Of a stretch of DNA of 25,964 bases, positions 25,593-25,964 are shown one piece after another. The DNA comes from an uncultured bacterium (lineage in GTDB: Bacteria > Electryoneota > AABM5-125-24 > Hatepunaeales > Hatepunaeaceae). The position numbers and the translations under genes were made by a program. The first letter of the stretch is position 1, and the number at the start of each line of letters is the position of its first letter. The notes under the pieces were generated by a model. That model did no database searches, was not told the DNA's origin, and saw nothing but the letters and a program-made list of their open reading frames with translations. The stretch covers positions 1 through 25,964 of the forward strand of contig CAYLYZ010000084.1 in NCBI GenBank assembly GCA_964387885.1, given 5' to 3'.

Positions 25593-25964
25593 TATTTCCC
25601 TCTGTATTTATGTTCACAGATGCAACTCGTACAACAATCACATCCTGAAGAATTATCATCTTGAAGCTTTTTAATATAATATGTTAGATGTTGTCTGGCA
25701 AGTTTTTCTGGGTAATAAACAGCATTATTTCAGATATTCCCTAACCGCATAGCTGATTACACGTGCTTTTGATTTGTGATTCCTTCGCACTGTATGTACG
25801 AGAATGAGGTGATATGTAGAATAGGCATTCCCGCCTATCCATCCATCTCTAGACGGATTCGTTGTAAGTAACTGTTATTTCAGGAATCCGCCTATCAGCG
25901 GATTGTCAAACAGGAACAGTCTGTCCAAGAATAGCTCTTTGAAAACGCGTTACTTATGTAAGTG

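Noticed and set aside
25593-25964. Possible tRNA or other ncRNA upstream of rpmE (several small hairpins, e.g. AATCCGC-ctatca-GCGGATT at about 25882-25901)
   Set aside because: There is no T-loop (GTTCNANTC) or acceptor-stem pattern and no cloverleaf-compatible spacing. The hairpins are short and isolated. It is most likely the rpmE promoter/5' region plus the start of an unseen neighbouring gene.

Overview
This 25.9-kb window looks like it comes from an uncultivated Gram-negative bacterium that uses the type IX secretion system (T9SS). Several large beta-propeller proteins end in the T9SS C-terminal sorting domain. Start sites are preceded by Shine-Dalgarno sequences, so this is not a classical Bacteroidetes translation signal. 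Everything below is read from the sequence by eye; no database search was possible.

Order of content:
- 1-3265: two secreted LVIVD-repeat beta-propeller proteins with T9SS C-terminal domains; the first is cut off at the window edge.
- 3332-7453, minus strand: a CPBP (CAAX) intramembrane protease, a MenA/UbiA-family prenyltransferase and a TonB-dependent outer-membrane receptor.
- 7625-14209: the centrepiece, a compact co-directional bacterial microcompartment (BMC, metabolosome) locus. It encodes a SorC/DeoR-family sugar-phosphate regulator, an unusual fusion of ribose-5-phosphate isomerase B with deoxyribose-phosphate aldolase (RpiB-DeoC), two tandem-domain shell proteins (BMC-T), one PduA/EutM-like hexamer protein (BMC-H) and three EutN/CcmL-like vertex paralogs (BMC-P). 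It also encodes a PduP/EutE-like acylating aldehyde dehydrogenase with an N-terminal encapsulation-peptide-like helix. This gene set matches the sugar-phosphate-utilising (SPU) BMC class. No phosphotransacylase or alcohol dehydrogenase lies inside the window.
- 14508-17576: a 1000+ aa secreted FG-GAP beta-propeller protein with two Ig-like repeats and a T9SS C-terminal domain, followed by a strong intrinsic terminator.
- 17667-18589: a REPtron, i.e. an IS200-like HUH tyrosine transposase of the REP-associated (RAYT) type, flanked by six inverted and tandem copies of a 25-nt palindromic REP.
- 18669-20915, minus strand: an AT-rich hypothetical secreted 748-aa protein.
- 20916-21912: about 1 kb of non-coding DNA holding an array of GTCAC/GTTAC half-sites, a near-consensus sigma70 promoter with no ORF downstream, and a cluster of hairpins.
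- 21913-25275, minus strand: a secreted tricorn-protease homologue (S41 family) carrying an odd acidic/Lys-rich insertion.
- 25386-25592, minus strand: ribosomal protein L31 with its terminator.

A separate family of short paired GC-rich palindromes (GGGCR...YGCCC) appears at three intergenic sites, two of them inside the BMC operon. No tRNA, rRNA or CRISPR was detected.
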